The notes: a model not told the origin generated them from the sequence alone. A stretch of 57,222 nt of DNA from Syntrophomonadaceae bacterium (GCA_012839645.1 DUMY01000198.1:1-57222); one strand, 5' to 3'; shown: positions 1-8,548, counted from the first letter of the stretch. Translations and numbers: made by a program.

Positions 1-77
1 ATCAAGCCAAGGGGCACTGCATGAATCTGCCACCTCCTTTTTTAAAATGTAAAATATAGAAATATGGCTGATATCTG

Positions 78-104
78 GCAGGAAAATAGCAGATTTAGTC
101 GAAA
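78..104 (+). promoter_or_regulatory. Sigma-H-like promoter
   Basis: GCAGGAAAA-11 nt-GTCGAAA upstream of ATG136. Confidence 0.4.
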
Positions 105-135
105 ATTATTAATAAGGGATTGAGGGGGTCCAGGA

Positions 136-367
136 ATGAATATAGCAATTGTCGGTGCAGGAGAATCTTGCTGCACAAGGGAAAAACCTCGGTGATGTTG
201 CAGATACTGCTAAAGAACATGTCATGGCTACAGATGAGGTTAGAAAGCTGGATGAAGACAGTGCTGTATCTGTAGAACAGATCGGAGCGATTTTAGGGAA
301 TATAGAAAAATACGTGGGGGACATTATTTTTGGGGTAATCATAAGGGGTGAAGTAAGATCTGTTTAG
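136..367 (+). pseudogene. Remnant of a methyl-accepting chemotaxis-like protein (N-terminal Rossmann-like start plus MCP signalling-domain fragments)
   Basis: SD GAGGGGG then ATG136 reads MNIAIVGAG before stopping. The +1 frame reads ...TDEVRKLDEDSAVSVEQIGAIL, matching the MCP 'A(D/E)EVRKLA' helix, but the LNAAIEAARAG hairpin is missing. Confidence 0.55.
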
Positions 368-1110
368 AGCGTCTACAGAAGGTGCTGGCCCAGGCAGGTA
401 TAGGGTCACGCCGCAGCTGTGAGGACCTCATACGGGATGGTAGGGTTCGGGTTGATGGTGAAATTGCAGAACTGGGTATGAAGGTTGACCCTCTTAAAAA
501 CAAGATACTTGTGGATGGAGAAGGGATAACACTTCCCCGTAAGCAGACCTATGTGCTTCTTTACAAGCCTAAAGGCTATATATCAACGGTGAGGGACCCT
601 CAGGGGAGGCCAAAGGTAACAGACCTTGTGCCGCTTTCTGGGGTTCGTTTATTTCCAGTGGGGAGGTTGGATTATCAAACAAGTGGGCTGCTACTGCTGA
701 CGGACGATGGAGAACTGGCAAATATGTTAACACACCCCAGGTATGGAGTCTGGAAAACCTATCATGCACTTGTACAGGGGAAGCCGTCACCTACAGTCTT
801 GCAGCAAATGAGAGAAGGACTGCCCCTTTCGGATGGCAAAACCGCTCAGGCCAAAGTGCGTTTTCTAGGAATGCAATCCTCTGATAAAGGACTTTTGGAG
901 ATCAGTCTGCGAGAGGGTAAGAAGCGCCAGGTGCGCAGAATGTGTGATTGCATTGGCCATCCTGTTCATGAACTGGAGAGAAAAAGTGTGGCTTTTTTAA
1001 ATCTTGAAGGGTTATCGCCGGGTGAATACCGGTTTCTCACTCCAAAAGAAGTGCAAAGATTAAAAAAAATATCCAAGAGGAAGGATACCATTTCTCAGCA
1101 GAGAAGTTAA
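364..1110 (+). CDS. rluB: 23S rRNA pseudouridine synthase, RsuA/RluB family
   Basis: S4 domain (ERLQKVLAQAGIGSRRSCE), catalytic GRLD motif, EGKKRQVRRM. The conserved ERLQK lies upstream of GTG382, so the exact start is uncertain. Confidence 0.9.
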   Translation, partial: LERLQKVLAQAGIGSRRSCEDLIRDGRVRVDGEIAELGMKVDPLKNKILVDGEGITLPRKQTYVLLYKPKGYISTVRDPQGRPKVTDLVPLSGVRLFPVGRLDYQTSGLLLLTDDGELANMLTHPRYGVWKTYHALVQGKPSPTVLQQMREGLPLSDGKTAQAKVRFLGMQSSDKGLLEISLREGKKRQVRRMCDCIGHPVHELERKSVAFLNLEGLSPGEYRFLTPKEVQRLKKISKRKDTISQQRS

Positions 1111-1144
1111 AGATATATTATAATTACGACAAGGGGGAAACTGG

Positions 1145-2077
1145 ATGTTTCATAGAAGACGTTATACATCTATCATCTTTATCATGCCGCTTTTGATATC
1201 TCTTTTGCTGTTTTGCGGCTGCCAACAGCAAAACCCTGCCAATTCAGAGAAGCCAACCGAAATTGTGGTCACAGATGATTCAGGGACGGAATTGAAATTG
1301 GATAAATACCCGGAGAGGATAATCTCCCTTACCCCCAGCAATACGGAACTTCTGTTTGCACTAGGCCTGGGGGAACGGGTAGTGGGGGTTACCACATATT
1401 GTGACTACCCACAGGAAGTCAACCAGAAGGTCCGAATCGGTGACCTAAAGGGGAATGTGGAAGAGATCGTTGCCCTGAAGCCGGATCTGGTAATAGCTAA
1501 GGCAGTTCTCAATGAAGATGTGGTTGACAAGCTGCGGAAGCTGGATGTTCCTGTTCTCTGTGTGGACCCCGAAAGCATTGAGGGGATTTACAGGTCCATT
1601 GAATTGATTTCAAAAGTGACCGGCACTGATAGTGCGGGAGATAAACTTATTTCGGACATAAAAGAACAAATTGCTGCTGTACAGCAGAAGGTTGCTGATA
1701 TTCCTCAAGAAGAACGACTTAAGGTCTTTATCGAGGTGGGATGTGATCCATTGTATACTGCGGGGGGCGACACCTATGTTGATGAGCTGGTACGCCTAGC
1801 AGGGGGAATCAATATTGCCAATGATATCAAGGGTTATCAGATGTATAGCTTGGAGACAGTGGTTAAGAACAACCCGGATGTAATTTTGGCAGCGGACAGT
1901 TATTATGTTGATGTAAAACAGGAAATCAATAAGCGTCCCGGATGGGATACTATCAAAGCTGTCCAGCAGGGACACATAATCTCCGATATTGACACCAACT
2001 TGGTAAACAGACCGGGTCCCCGCTGTGCTCAGGCTGTGGAGACACTAGCCCAGGCAATTTACACAGATCTTTTTTAA
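1145..2077 (+). CDS. btuF: Cobalamin/iron-siderophore ABC transporter substrate-binding lipoprotein
   Basis: Lipobox LFCGC, PERIISLTPSNTELLFALG, VGVTTYCDYP, RPGPR; in an operon with cobO. Confidence 0.85.
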   Translation: MFHRRRYTSIIFIMPLLISLLLFCGCQQQNPANSEKPTEIVVTDDSGTELKLDKYPERIISLTPSNTELLFALGLGERVVGVTTYCDYPQEVNQKVRIGDLKGNVEEIVALKPDLVIAKAVLNEDVVDKLRKLDVPVLCVDPESIEGIYRSIELISKVTGTDSAGDKLISDIKEQIAAVQQKVADIPQEERLKVFIEVGCDPLYTAGGDTYVDELVRLAGGINIANDIKGYQMYSLETVVKNNPDVILAADSYYVDVKQEINKRPGWDTIKAVQQGHIISDIDTNLVNRPGPRCAQAVETLAQAIYTDLF

Positions 2078-2093
2078 GACTTATACTTAAAGG

Positions 2094-3152
2094 ATGAATG
2101 CATTGGATCAAAGCACTGTTAGTTCTCGTAATCCCTGGGGAGTCTTGATTGTACTCTTGGTTCTGCTCATAGTTTCTGTGATCTTTGGTGTCAGTTTGGG
2201 TAGTACCACAACATCACCCTTAACCGCCATGAAGGTGTTATTAGCTCACATACCAGGATTGTCATCGTGGTTTGCCACTCCGGATGTTGCTGTTGATGCT
2301 ATTATCTACAAGATCCGTCTTCCACGGGTGGTACTTGCTGTATTTGTAGGTGCAGCACTTGCTGTGGCTGGGGCGTCTCTCCAGGGCCTTTTGCGTAACC
2401 CCTTGGCAGAACCATACACCATTGGTGTGGCTTCAGGTGCAGCGGTAGGGGCAGCCCTGGTGATCATTTTTGCAGGTGGAGGGCTCCTAGGGGTGGTTAC
2501 CCTTCCTATTGCCGCTTTTTTGGGGGCGTTGCTAACCGGAATTTTGGTCTATCGTCTGGCTGTGATCAATGGCCACCTGGCAGTGGAGACACTTATCCTG
2601 GCCGGGGTTGTGATGAGCTCTTTTATGTCGGCTATTCTTTCTTATCTGCTTACAGTGGCCGGGCAGAATTTGCAGCAGGTCATCTACTGGTTGATGGGAA
2701 GTTTGGGTATTAGAGGAAGTGATTATTTCATATATACCTTGCCATTTTTGGTGGGAGGAATTATTCTGCTCTGTTTCTTTGGGCGGGATTTAAATATTCT
2801 CACCTTTGGTGAGGAGGCTGCAGGACAATTAGGTGTACCTGTGGAACGGACGAAGCAGTTTATCCTGCTGTTGGCTACACTTTTGACCGGTATTGCCGTA
2901 TCTCTGGCTGGTACCATCGGTTTTGTAGGTTTAATTGTTCCGCACCTGGTGCGTCTTACACTGGGTCCGGACCACCGGGTGCTGCTGCCCGTTTCTGCAG
3001 TGGGTGGTGGAATATTTTTAATCTGGGCGGATATTGTGGCCCGGGTTGCTGTAGCACCTGTTGAACTGCCGGTAGGTGTTGTCACGGCATTTTTAGGTGC
3101 ACCTTTTTTCATGTATCTTCTGCGTACCCGTAAGAGCAGGGGCTATTTTTAA
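2094..3152 (+). CDS. btuC: FecCD/BtuC-family ABC permease
   Basis: IRLPRVVLA, LRNPLAEP, GEEAAGQLG, IGFVGLIVPH, ELPVGVVTA motifs. Confidence 0.88.
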   Translation: MNALDQSTVSSRNPWGVLIVLLVLLIVSVIFGVSLGSTTTSPLTAMKVLLAHIPGLSSWFATPDVAVDAIIYKIRLPRVVLAVFVGAALAVAGASLQGLLRNPLAEPYTIGVASGAAVGAALVIIFAGGGLLGVVTLPIAAFLGALLTGILVYRLAVINGHLAVETLILAGVVMSSFMSAILSYLLTVAGQNLQQVIYWLMGSLGIRGSDYFIYTLPFLVGGIILLCFFGRDLNILTFGEEAAGQLGVPVERTKQFILLLATLLTGIAVSLAGTIGFVGLIVPHLVRLTLGPDHRVLLPVSAVGGGIFLIWADIVARVAVAPVELPVGVVTAFLGAPFFMYLLRTRKSRGYF

Positions 3153-3169
3153 GATGGGAAGGATTTTTG

Positions 3170-4474
3170 ATGCGTATGAACAATATGGTTTTTAAGATAC
3201 ATGGTGTTGAATGCAATTACGGGTCTCACCAGGCACTGAAGGGGGTAAACCTTGATATTGCTCCCGGCAGCTTTCTGGGCATTGTGGGACCCAATGCGGC
3301 AGGTAAATCCACCCTATTGAAAACCATCGCTGCAACTTTACAACCTACAGAAGGGGTTGTTTATTTTCAAGGGGAAGACCTGAATAAGATTCCGAGACGA
3401 GATATTGCCAAGCAGGTGGCGGTGGTGCCTCAGGAAACAGAGGTGCACTTTCCCTTTACTGTTATGGAAGTGGTCTTGATGGGAAGGCATCCTCATCTGG
3501 ATAGATTTGACCGCGAAAGTGATCGGGATTTCGAAATTGTGCAAAATGCCATGGAGTCAGCCAACTGCTGGCACCTCAAAGATCGCAATGTGTTAGAGCT
3601 CAGTGGGGGAGAGCGCCAAAAGGTTATTTTGGCCAGGGCACTCGCCCAGGAACCCCGGATTATTCTGCTGGATGAGCCTGTTGCTCATCTTGATCTAAGT
3701 GCACAACTGGAAGTGCTCAATCTCTTAAAAGAGATGAACACAAGTCATGGTGTGACTGTAGTTGGTATTCTTCATGATTTGAATATGGCAGCCCAGTTCA
3801 GTCAGCAGTTGATTATTTTGCATCAGGGGCAAATCTATAGGGCAGGGACCCCGGAAGAGGTGCTGACAGCAGAAAATATAAAAGACGTCTACAATACCGA
3901 TGTAATGGTGATTAAACACCCATTGACAGGTGCTCCTCAGATAGTGATCCTGCCATCTACAGGTGAGTGTAGGGTCAGTTCATCCCTTCCGCGGGTGCAC
4001 TTGATCTGTGGTGGAGGTGTTGGCGGTGCTCTGATGGGCCAACTGCGGAGAATGGGGTGTTATGTCACTGCCGGTGTTGTTAATATTCAGGATACTGACT
4101 GGGAGGTAGGGCGTGCGCTGGGGATAGAAATTATCGAGGAGAAGCCCTTTTCGCCCATCAGCGACAAAAGCTATGAGGCGAATCTCAAACTGGCATTGAA
4201 TGCTGACGCCATTTTTCTCCTGGAAACACCTTTTGGCCGTGGAAATCTTCCCAACGCACAGATTTTGGAGACGCTTCTTGCTCGCGGAAAGAAATGCTAT
4301 CTTGTAGACCCTGAACATTTACCCGACCGTGATTATACAGGGGGAGAGGTGGCTCGCTGTGTTTCCGGGTTACAGGAGCAGGGTCTCTGTCTTCTGTCTG
4401 ATCAGTTGGCTGTTTTAAGAATAGTTCATGCTTTGAGAAAGGGGAAAGGTAATGCCGAGACCGCGTTTGTATAA
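3170..4474 (+). CDS. btuD: ABC transporter ATPase with about 170-aa C-terminal extension
   Basis: Walker A GPNAAGKST, LSGGERQ, LLDEP, H-loop; extra domain starting RVHLICGGG. Confidence 0.85.
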   Translation: MRMNNMVFKIHGVECNYGSHQALKGVNLDIAPGSFLGIVGPNAAGKSTLLKTIAATLQPTEGVVYFQGEDLNKIPRRDIAKQVAVVPQETEVHFPFTVMEVVLMGRHPHLDRFDRESDRDFEIVQNAMESANCWHLKDRNVLELSGGERQKVILARALAQEPRIILLDEPVAHLDLSAQLEVLNLLKEMNTSHGVTVVGILHDLNMAAQFSQQLIILHQGQIYRAGTPEEVLTAENIKDVYNTDVMVIKHPLTGAPQIVILPSTGECRVSSSLPRVHLICGGGVGGALMGQLRRMGCYVTAGVVNIQDTDWEVGRALGIEIIEEKPFSPISDKSYEANLKLALNADAIFLLETPFGRGNLPNAQILETLLARGKKCYLVDPEHLPDRDYTGGEVARCVSGLQEQGLCLLSDQLAVLRIVHALRKGKGNAETAFV

Positions 4475-5048
4475 AGGGCTTGTACAGGTTTATACCGGAG
4501 ACAGTAAAGGTAAGACGACCGCTGCCCTGGGGCAGTGTTTACGGGCAGTTGGACACGGGTTTTATGTTTGCTTTATACAGTTTATAAAAGGGGGAGCTTA
4601 CACTGGGGAATTGTACAGCACTCAGAGACTCCACCCAAACTTTGATTTTCGCCAGTACGGTATTACCTGTCCCTACAGCACATTGATCAGGCAGGGAGAA
4701 GAGAAGTGCCACGGCTGTGGTAAGTGTTTTCCATCCAGAGGAAAGGACAATACCGAACATGAAAGAATGACCCGCATGGGTTTCAGTACAGCAGAAAAAG
4801 CAGTCTGTTCAGGTGAATATGATATCGTGGTTCTGGATGAAATTAACCAGGCTGTACACCAGGGGTTCTTGACGACAGATGAGGTTTTGGATCTATTAGA
4901 TAAAAAATTGCCTTATGTTGAAGTGATCTTGACCGGCCGCGATGCTCACCCAGCAATTGTTGAGCGAGCTGATTTAGTTACCGAAATGACCCTACGGAAA
5001 CACCCTTTCCAAAAGGGAATTATCAGCAGACGAGGAATTGAATATTAA
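4452..5048 (+). CDS. cobO: ATP:cob(I)alamin adenosyltransferase CobA/CobO/BtuR with Cys-rich insertion
   Basis: VQVYTGDSKGKTTAALG, IQFIKG, VLDEIN, ILTGR, KHPF...GIEY. Confidence 0.92.
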   Translation: MPRPRLYKGLVQVYTGDSKGKTTAALGQCLRAVGHGFYVCFIQFIKGGAYTGELYSTQRLHPNFDFRQYGITCPYSTLIRQGEEKCHGCGKCFPSRGKDNTEHERMTRMGFSTAEKAVCSGEYDIVVLDEINQAVHQGFLTTDEVLDLLDKKLPYVEVILTGRDAHPAIVERADLVTEMTLRKHPFQKGIISRRGIEY

Positions 5049-5055
5049 CTCCCGA

Positions 5056-5083
5056 GGAGGAATTTTGTGGTCATATGACGAAT
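5056..5083 (+). promoter_or_regulatory. Sigma-H-like promoter
   Basis: GGAGGAATT-12 nt-GACGAAT. Confidence 0.5.
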
Positions 5084-5126
5084 TGAGACGATATTTAGCA
5101 GAATCACACGGGAGGTGGAGATAGGT

Positions 5127-5576
5127 ATGATGAATGACGCAGACAATAAGAGATTGCGCCTCAGAGTCCGCTTTGACTATCGCGGAGAAGCTAAGCAAGG
5201 GAAACTATTCTCCAGGATGAGAATGGGAGAGGAAATAGCTGAGGAGGTCCGGGAACAAAGAGCAATCTTGCTGCGGAATATTCCTATTCAAGGTGTTTAT
5301 GTCGAGGATATCAATGCTAATGGTGAAGTCTATGTGGTCAGCGATGAAGCGAGCGGCCGCGAGATTGCCTATGCACCTGTGGAATTTACTTTAGAGGCAG
5401 ATACCATCGAGGATGTCATCCCTTTATTGCTGCGCGATGAATTTCGTAAAGTGGAAGTGATGTCTCCTGCAGAAGTTTTACTGGACAAGCACGAGGTTGA
5501 GCGTATTATTTATAAGATTAATGAGGAACTGCGTACTTACCGTCTTTACCTGGAAAAACGCTTGAACGATAGGTAA
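5127..5576 (+). CDS. Hypothetical protein
   Basis: SD GGAGGTG before ATG5127, clean ORF; no recognisable motif. Confidence 0.75.
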   Translation: MMNDADNKRLRLRVRFDYRGEAKQGKLFSRMRMGEEIAEEVREQRAILLRNIPIQGVYVEDINANGEVYVVSDEASGREIAYAPVEFTLEADTIEDVIPLLLRDEFRKVEVMSPAEVLLDKHEVERIIYKINEELRTYRLYLEKRLNDR

Positions 5577-5651
5577 ATTTGCCTGACCTGCATAAAATTG
5601 CTCTGAAATGCGTAAAAGATGCTTATAGAGAATTATGCAGGAGGGCTTAAA

Positions 5652-6128
5652 ATGGGAAGACGATTTTTTAAACACCTGGAACGCTGGGAAAAAAGGCTGC
5701 AAGTTTTTGTTGTCGTCCTTTTCTCTCTGCTGGTTATCCTGCAGATGTTTATGACCAAGGACCCCCTTCGCTTATATTTAAGTTTTGCTGAACAAATGGA
5801 AGGGATCCCTCTAGCAAATCAGGATTTGGCTGTAACGAACCTGGGACAGAAAGAGGTTGGAGAAGTCAAAATCAAAATTGATAGTTACTTTATCCTGTCC
5901 CAGGTAATCGTTTATGTCAATGGTAAGGAGACTGCCAGTTTTCAGGAACGGGAAATTCTGCTTCCTGTAAAGGTGGGGGATGAGATTATGATCGATGGCA
6001 CCGCTTATCCATATCCCATAACATTCAAGGTAAGTGCGGTTTCACGAGGGGTTTGTTGGCCCCCGGTAAACTACCGGGTGACCACAGACACCTCCCGGGT
6101 TAGTTTAGGGAAGGTTAGGATTAAATAG
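5652..6128 (+). CDS. Hypothetical membrane-anchored protein
   Basis: SD GGAGGG, N-terminal hydrophobic helix, beta-rich C-terminus. Confidence 0.7.
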   Translation: MGRRFFKHLERWEKRLQVFVVVLFSLLVILQMFMTKDPLRLYLSFAEQMEGIPLANQDLAVTNLGQKEVGEVKIKIDSYFILSQVIVYVNGKETASFQEREILLPVKVGDEIMIDGTAYPYPITFKVSAVSRGVCWPPVNYRVTTDTSRVSLGKVRIK

Positions 6129-6145
6129 GGAAAATACGGGGTGAT

Positions 6146-6568
6146 ATGGTCGTGAACAGCTACGGTAGTAGGCAAATAGCCGCTATAGCAATCCATATGG
6201 CGCTTACAAAGACAAGAGAAGAGGAGACGGAGCAAAAAGCTCTGTTTGCCAAACAAGGAATAAAAACAGCCGCTGTAGACTGTGGCGGTGAGTTTATCAG
6301 CACAGTAAAAAAATTTATGGAACGAGCGGTTGTGGCAGCAAAAAGAGAAGGAGTAATCAAAGAAAACCATAGTGAACAGGGTGCTGTTGCGGGTGCCACT
6401 AGAGAGGCCTTGAGCCAGATAAGCTTAAAGGCTGTGGGATTCAATGTAGGAGGTAAGATCGGAATTGCCCGGTACCATGATCATGTGAGTGTGGCTGTTT
6501 TCTTTGGGATTGGGCTTCTACATCTTGACGAAGTGGCAGTCGGTCTGGGACACCGTGTGGTTTCTTAA
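6146..6568 (+). CDS. hutP: HutP-family RNA-binding protein
   Basis: ERAVVAAKREGVI...GATREAL...VGGKIGIAR...VAVFFGIG...GLGH pattern, 140 aa. Confidence 0.8.
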   Translation: MVVNSYGSRQIAAIAIHMALTKTREEETEQKALFAKQGIKTAAVDCGGEFISTVKKFMERAVVAAKREGVIKENHSEQGAVAGATREALSQISLKAVGFNVGGKIGIARYHDHVSVAVFFGIGLLHLDEVAVGLGHRVVS

Positions 6569-6585
6569 AAAGATGGTGGTTTTTT

Positions 6586-6969
6586 ATGGGACGAAGATTA
6601 TGGGTACGAGGCATTCGGGGTGCAGCACCTGTTTCGGAAAATACGCCTGAGTCAATCCGAGGTGCCACCAGGGAACTGCTGACGATCATTGCTGATGAAA
6701 ACTCCCTGGAACCTGAAAGAATAATCAGTATTATCCTTTCACTTACGCCGGACTTAAATGCTGCATTTCCAGCTGAAGCTGCCCGGGAATTGGGGTGGGT
6801 TCATGTGCCCCTCTTCTGTACAACGGAAATACCTGTTCCTGGGGCTCTCAAGATGTGTGTGCGTGTTTTAGTACATGCTTACTTGACTTGTTCCCAGGAT
6901 GAGGTGAAACACATTTACTTGGAAGATGCAGCAATGCTCAGACCTGACATAGATGGAAAAAACGGTTGA
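6586..6969 (+). CDS. aroH: Chorismate mutase, AroH class
   Basis: VRGIRGA, TPDLNAAFPA, EIPVPG, CVRVLVH, HIYL..A..LRPD. Confidence 0.93.
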   Translation: MGRRLWVRGIRGAAPVSENTPESIRGATRELLTIIADENSLEPERIISIILSLTPDLNAAFPAEAARELGWVHVPLFCTTEIPVPGALKMCVRVLVHAYLTCSQDEVKHIYLEDAAMLRPDIDGKNG

Positions 6970-6994
6970 CATCTATGAAACAGGCTTGTATGAT
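6966..6994 (+). promoter_or_regulatory. Sigma-A promoter for the ferredoxin gene
   Basis: TTGACA-17 nt-TATGAT. Confidence 0.65.
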
Positions 6995-7047
6995 CTTTTT
7001 AGTTTCACCAATTTACAATTAATATATTAAAGAGGGAGGGAGAAAGT

Positions 7048-7227
7048 ATGCCACCGAAAGTAGATCTGGACAAGTGTGATGGTTGTGAAACCTGTGTGGA
7101 TGTATGTCCGGAGGAAGTTTTTGAGTTAGAAGATGATAAAGCAAAGGTTGCTCGGCCGGATGACTGCTCAGATTGCGAAACATGTGTAGATGAGTGCCCG
7201 AACGAGGCAATTACTATGGATGAATAA
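7048..7227 (+). CDS. 2[4Fe-4S] ferredoxin, 59 aa (not in the ORF track)
   Basis: SD GAGGGAGG; MPPKVDLDKCDGCETCVDVCPEEVFELEDDKAKVARPDDCSDCETCVDECPNEAITMDE with two CxxCxxCxxxCP motifs. Confidence 0.95.
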   Translation: MPPKVDLDKCDGCETCVDVCPEEVFELEDDKAKVARPDDCSDCETCVDECPNEAITMDE

Positions 7228-7240
7228 TGTATTATTCTGA

Positions 7241-7272
7241 AAAAGCTCACAGCCTGGCTGTGAGCTTTTTTC
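7241..7272 (+). terminator. Rho-independent terminator
   Basis: AAAAGCTCACAGC/GCTGTGAGCTTTT stem followed by a T-tract. Confidence 0.85.
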
Positions 7273-7290
7273 TTTTATTCCTTTTCAATA

Positions 7291-7467
7291 TATGTTAAAA
7301 TGAGTTAGCTGGGGTAGAAGTACGGTGGAATTGGTAGAATACCCGGTGTATATAATATTTGGCAGGACGGCAGTACGGCAGGAAGGATAGACTTGTCTGA
7401 CACTCCTTACTTGGAGTTTTTTTATCTTTATCCTGCTGTTCCCTGTCACTCTAAGGAGGTCAGTAAA
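7291..7467 (+). promoter_or_regulatory. aroF leader: extended -10 promoter, NAG repeats and alternative RNA structures (candidate translational attenuator)
   Basis: TGtTAAAAT at 7293-7301; 8-nt repeats 7361-7392; anti-SD 7397-7409 complementary to 7452-7463; competing helix 7369-7391/7421-7447. Confidence 0.65.
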
Positions 7468-8502
7468 ATGATTATTATCATGGGTGGCAAGGCGAGTATG
7501 AAGGAAATAAAGGCAGTACAGTCGAAATTAGTCCAGGAAGGGTTTACAGTTCATATTTCTAAGGGAGTGACTCGTACCATCATCGGAGTGATCGGTGATC
7601 GTACGCGAGCATTTACATTATCAATCGATGTAATGCCCGGTGTCGAAAAGGTGATTCCAATTCTGAATCCTTTTAAACTGGCAAGCCGCGAGTTTAAACA
7701 AGACAGCACATTGATTGAAATTGGGGATCAAGTTATCGGGGGTAAGGATGTTCACCTGATAGCAGGTCCCTGTGCTGTAGAATCCAGAACACAACTGCTG
7801 GAGTGTGCCTTTGCAGTGAAGGAGGCAGGTGCCACCTTCCTGCGCGGCGGGGCTTTTAAACCGCGCACATCACCTTATTCTTTCCAGGGTCTCGCAGAAG
7901 TGGGTTTGGAATACATGGCTGAGGCCAAGGAAAAAACAGGGCTGTTGATCGTAACAGAGGTGATGGATCCGCGGTTAGTACCACTTGTTGCTAGATATGC
8001 GGACATTCTGCAACTTGGGGCACGAAATATGCAAAACTTCCCACTTTTAAGAGAGGCTGCTAAAGCAGGTAAGCCTATTCTCTTGAAACGTGGGTCCGGG
8101 GCGACTATTGAGGAGTGGCTTATGGCTGCTGAATATGTCATGCTCGAAGGCAACCATCAGGTTATTCTTTGCGAACGGGGAATCAGAACATTTGAAATCC
8201 AGACCAGAAATACTCTGGACTTAAATGCGGTACCTGTGATCAAGCGTCTTTCCCACCTTCCGGTGATGGTGGATCCCAGCCATGGAACCGGCAATTGGTG
8301 GCTGGTGTCTCCCATGTCTCGTGCAGCTGTAGCAGCTGGAGCAGATGGATTGCTGATCGAGGTACATCCTTCACCTGGCGATGCTCTCTCAGATGGGCAG
8401 CAGTCCCTTAAGCCTGAGAACTTTCAGGACTTAGTCCGGGAAGTGTCTCAAGTTGCCCGGGCAGTGGGTAGAGTAGTTAACGGTGCCAGGGTTGGTGGTT
8501 AG
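7468..8502 (+). CDS. aroF: DAHP synthase type I-beta with N-terminal regulatory domain
   Basis: SD AAGGAGGT before ATG7468; [44 protein letters not shown]. Confidence 0.95.
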   Translation: MIIIMGGKASMKEIKAVQSKLVQEGFTVHISKGVTRTIIGVIGDRTRAFTLSIDVMPGVEKVIPILNPFKLASREFKQDSTLIEIGDQVIGGKDVHLIAGPCAVESRTQLLECAFAVKEAGATFLRGGAFKPRTSPYSFQGLAEVGLEYMAEAKEKTGLLIVTEVMDPRLVPLVARYADILQLGARNMQNFPLLREAAKAGKPILLKRGSGATIEEWLMAAEYVMLEGNHQVILCERGIRTFEIQTRNTLDLNAVPVIKRLSHLPVMVDPSHGTGNWWLVSPMSRAAVAAGADGLLIEVHPSPGDALSDGQQSLKPENFQDLVREVSQVARAVGRVVNGARVGG

Positions 8503-8548
8503 TGACCGTCCCCCTGTTACGCCTGTCATGGGGAGGAGGGAATTAGCA

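Noticed and set aside
2-40. Minus-strand SD (AAGGAGGT) and ATG22 giving MQCPLA*
   Set aside because: Stops after six codons at the window edge; cannot tell gene, remnant or chance
1111-1144. Cobalamin riboswitch upstream of btuF
   Set aside because: Only 34 nt of spacer and no B12-box
7005-7250. Minus-strand ORFs 7005-7250 and 7019-7210
   Set aside because: Antisense shadows of the + strand ferredoxin
7300-7467. T-box or leader-peptide attenuator for aroF; TTG7393 as aroF start
   Set aside because: No T-box consensus or aromatic-codon leader peptide seen; the SD supports ATG7468
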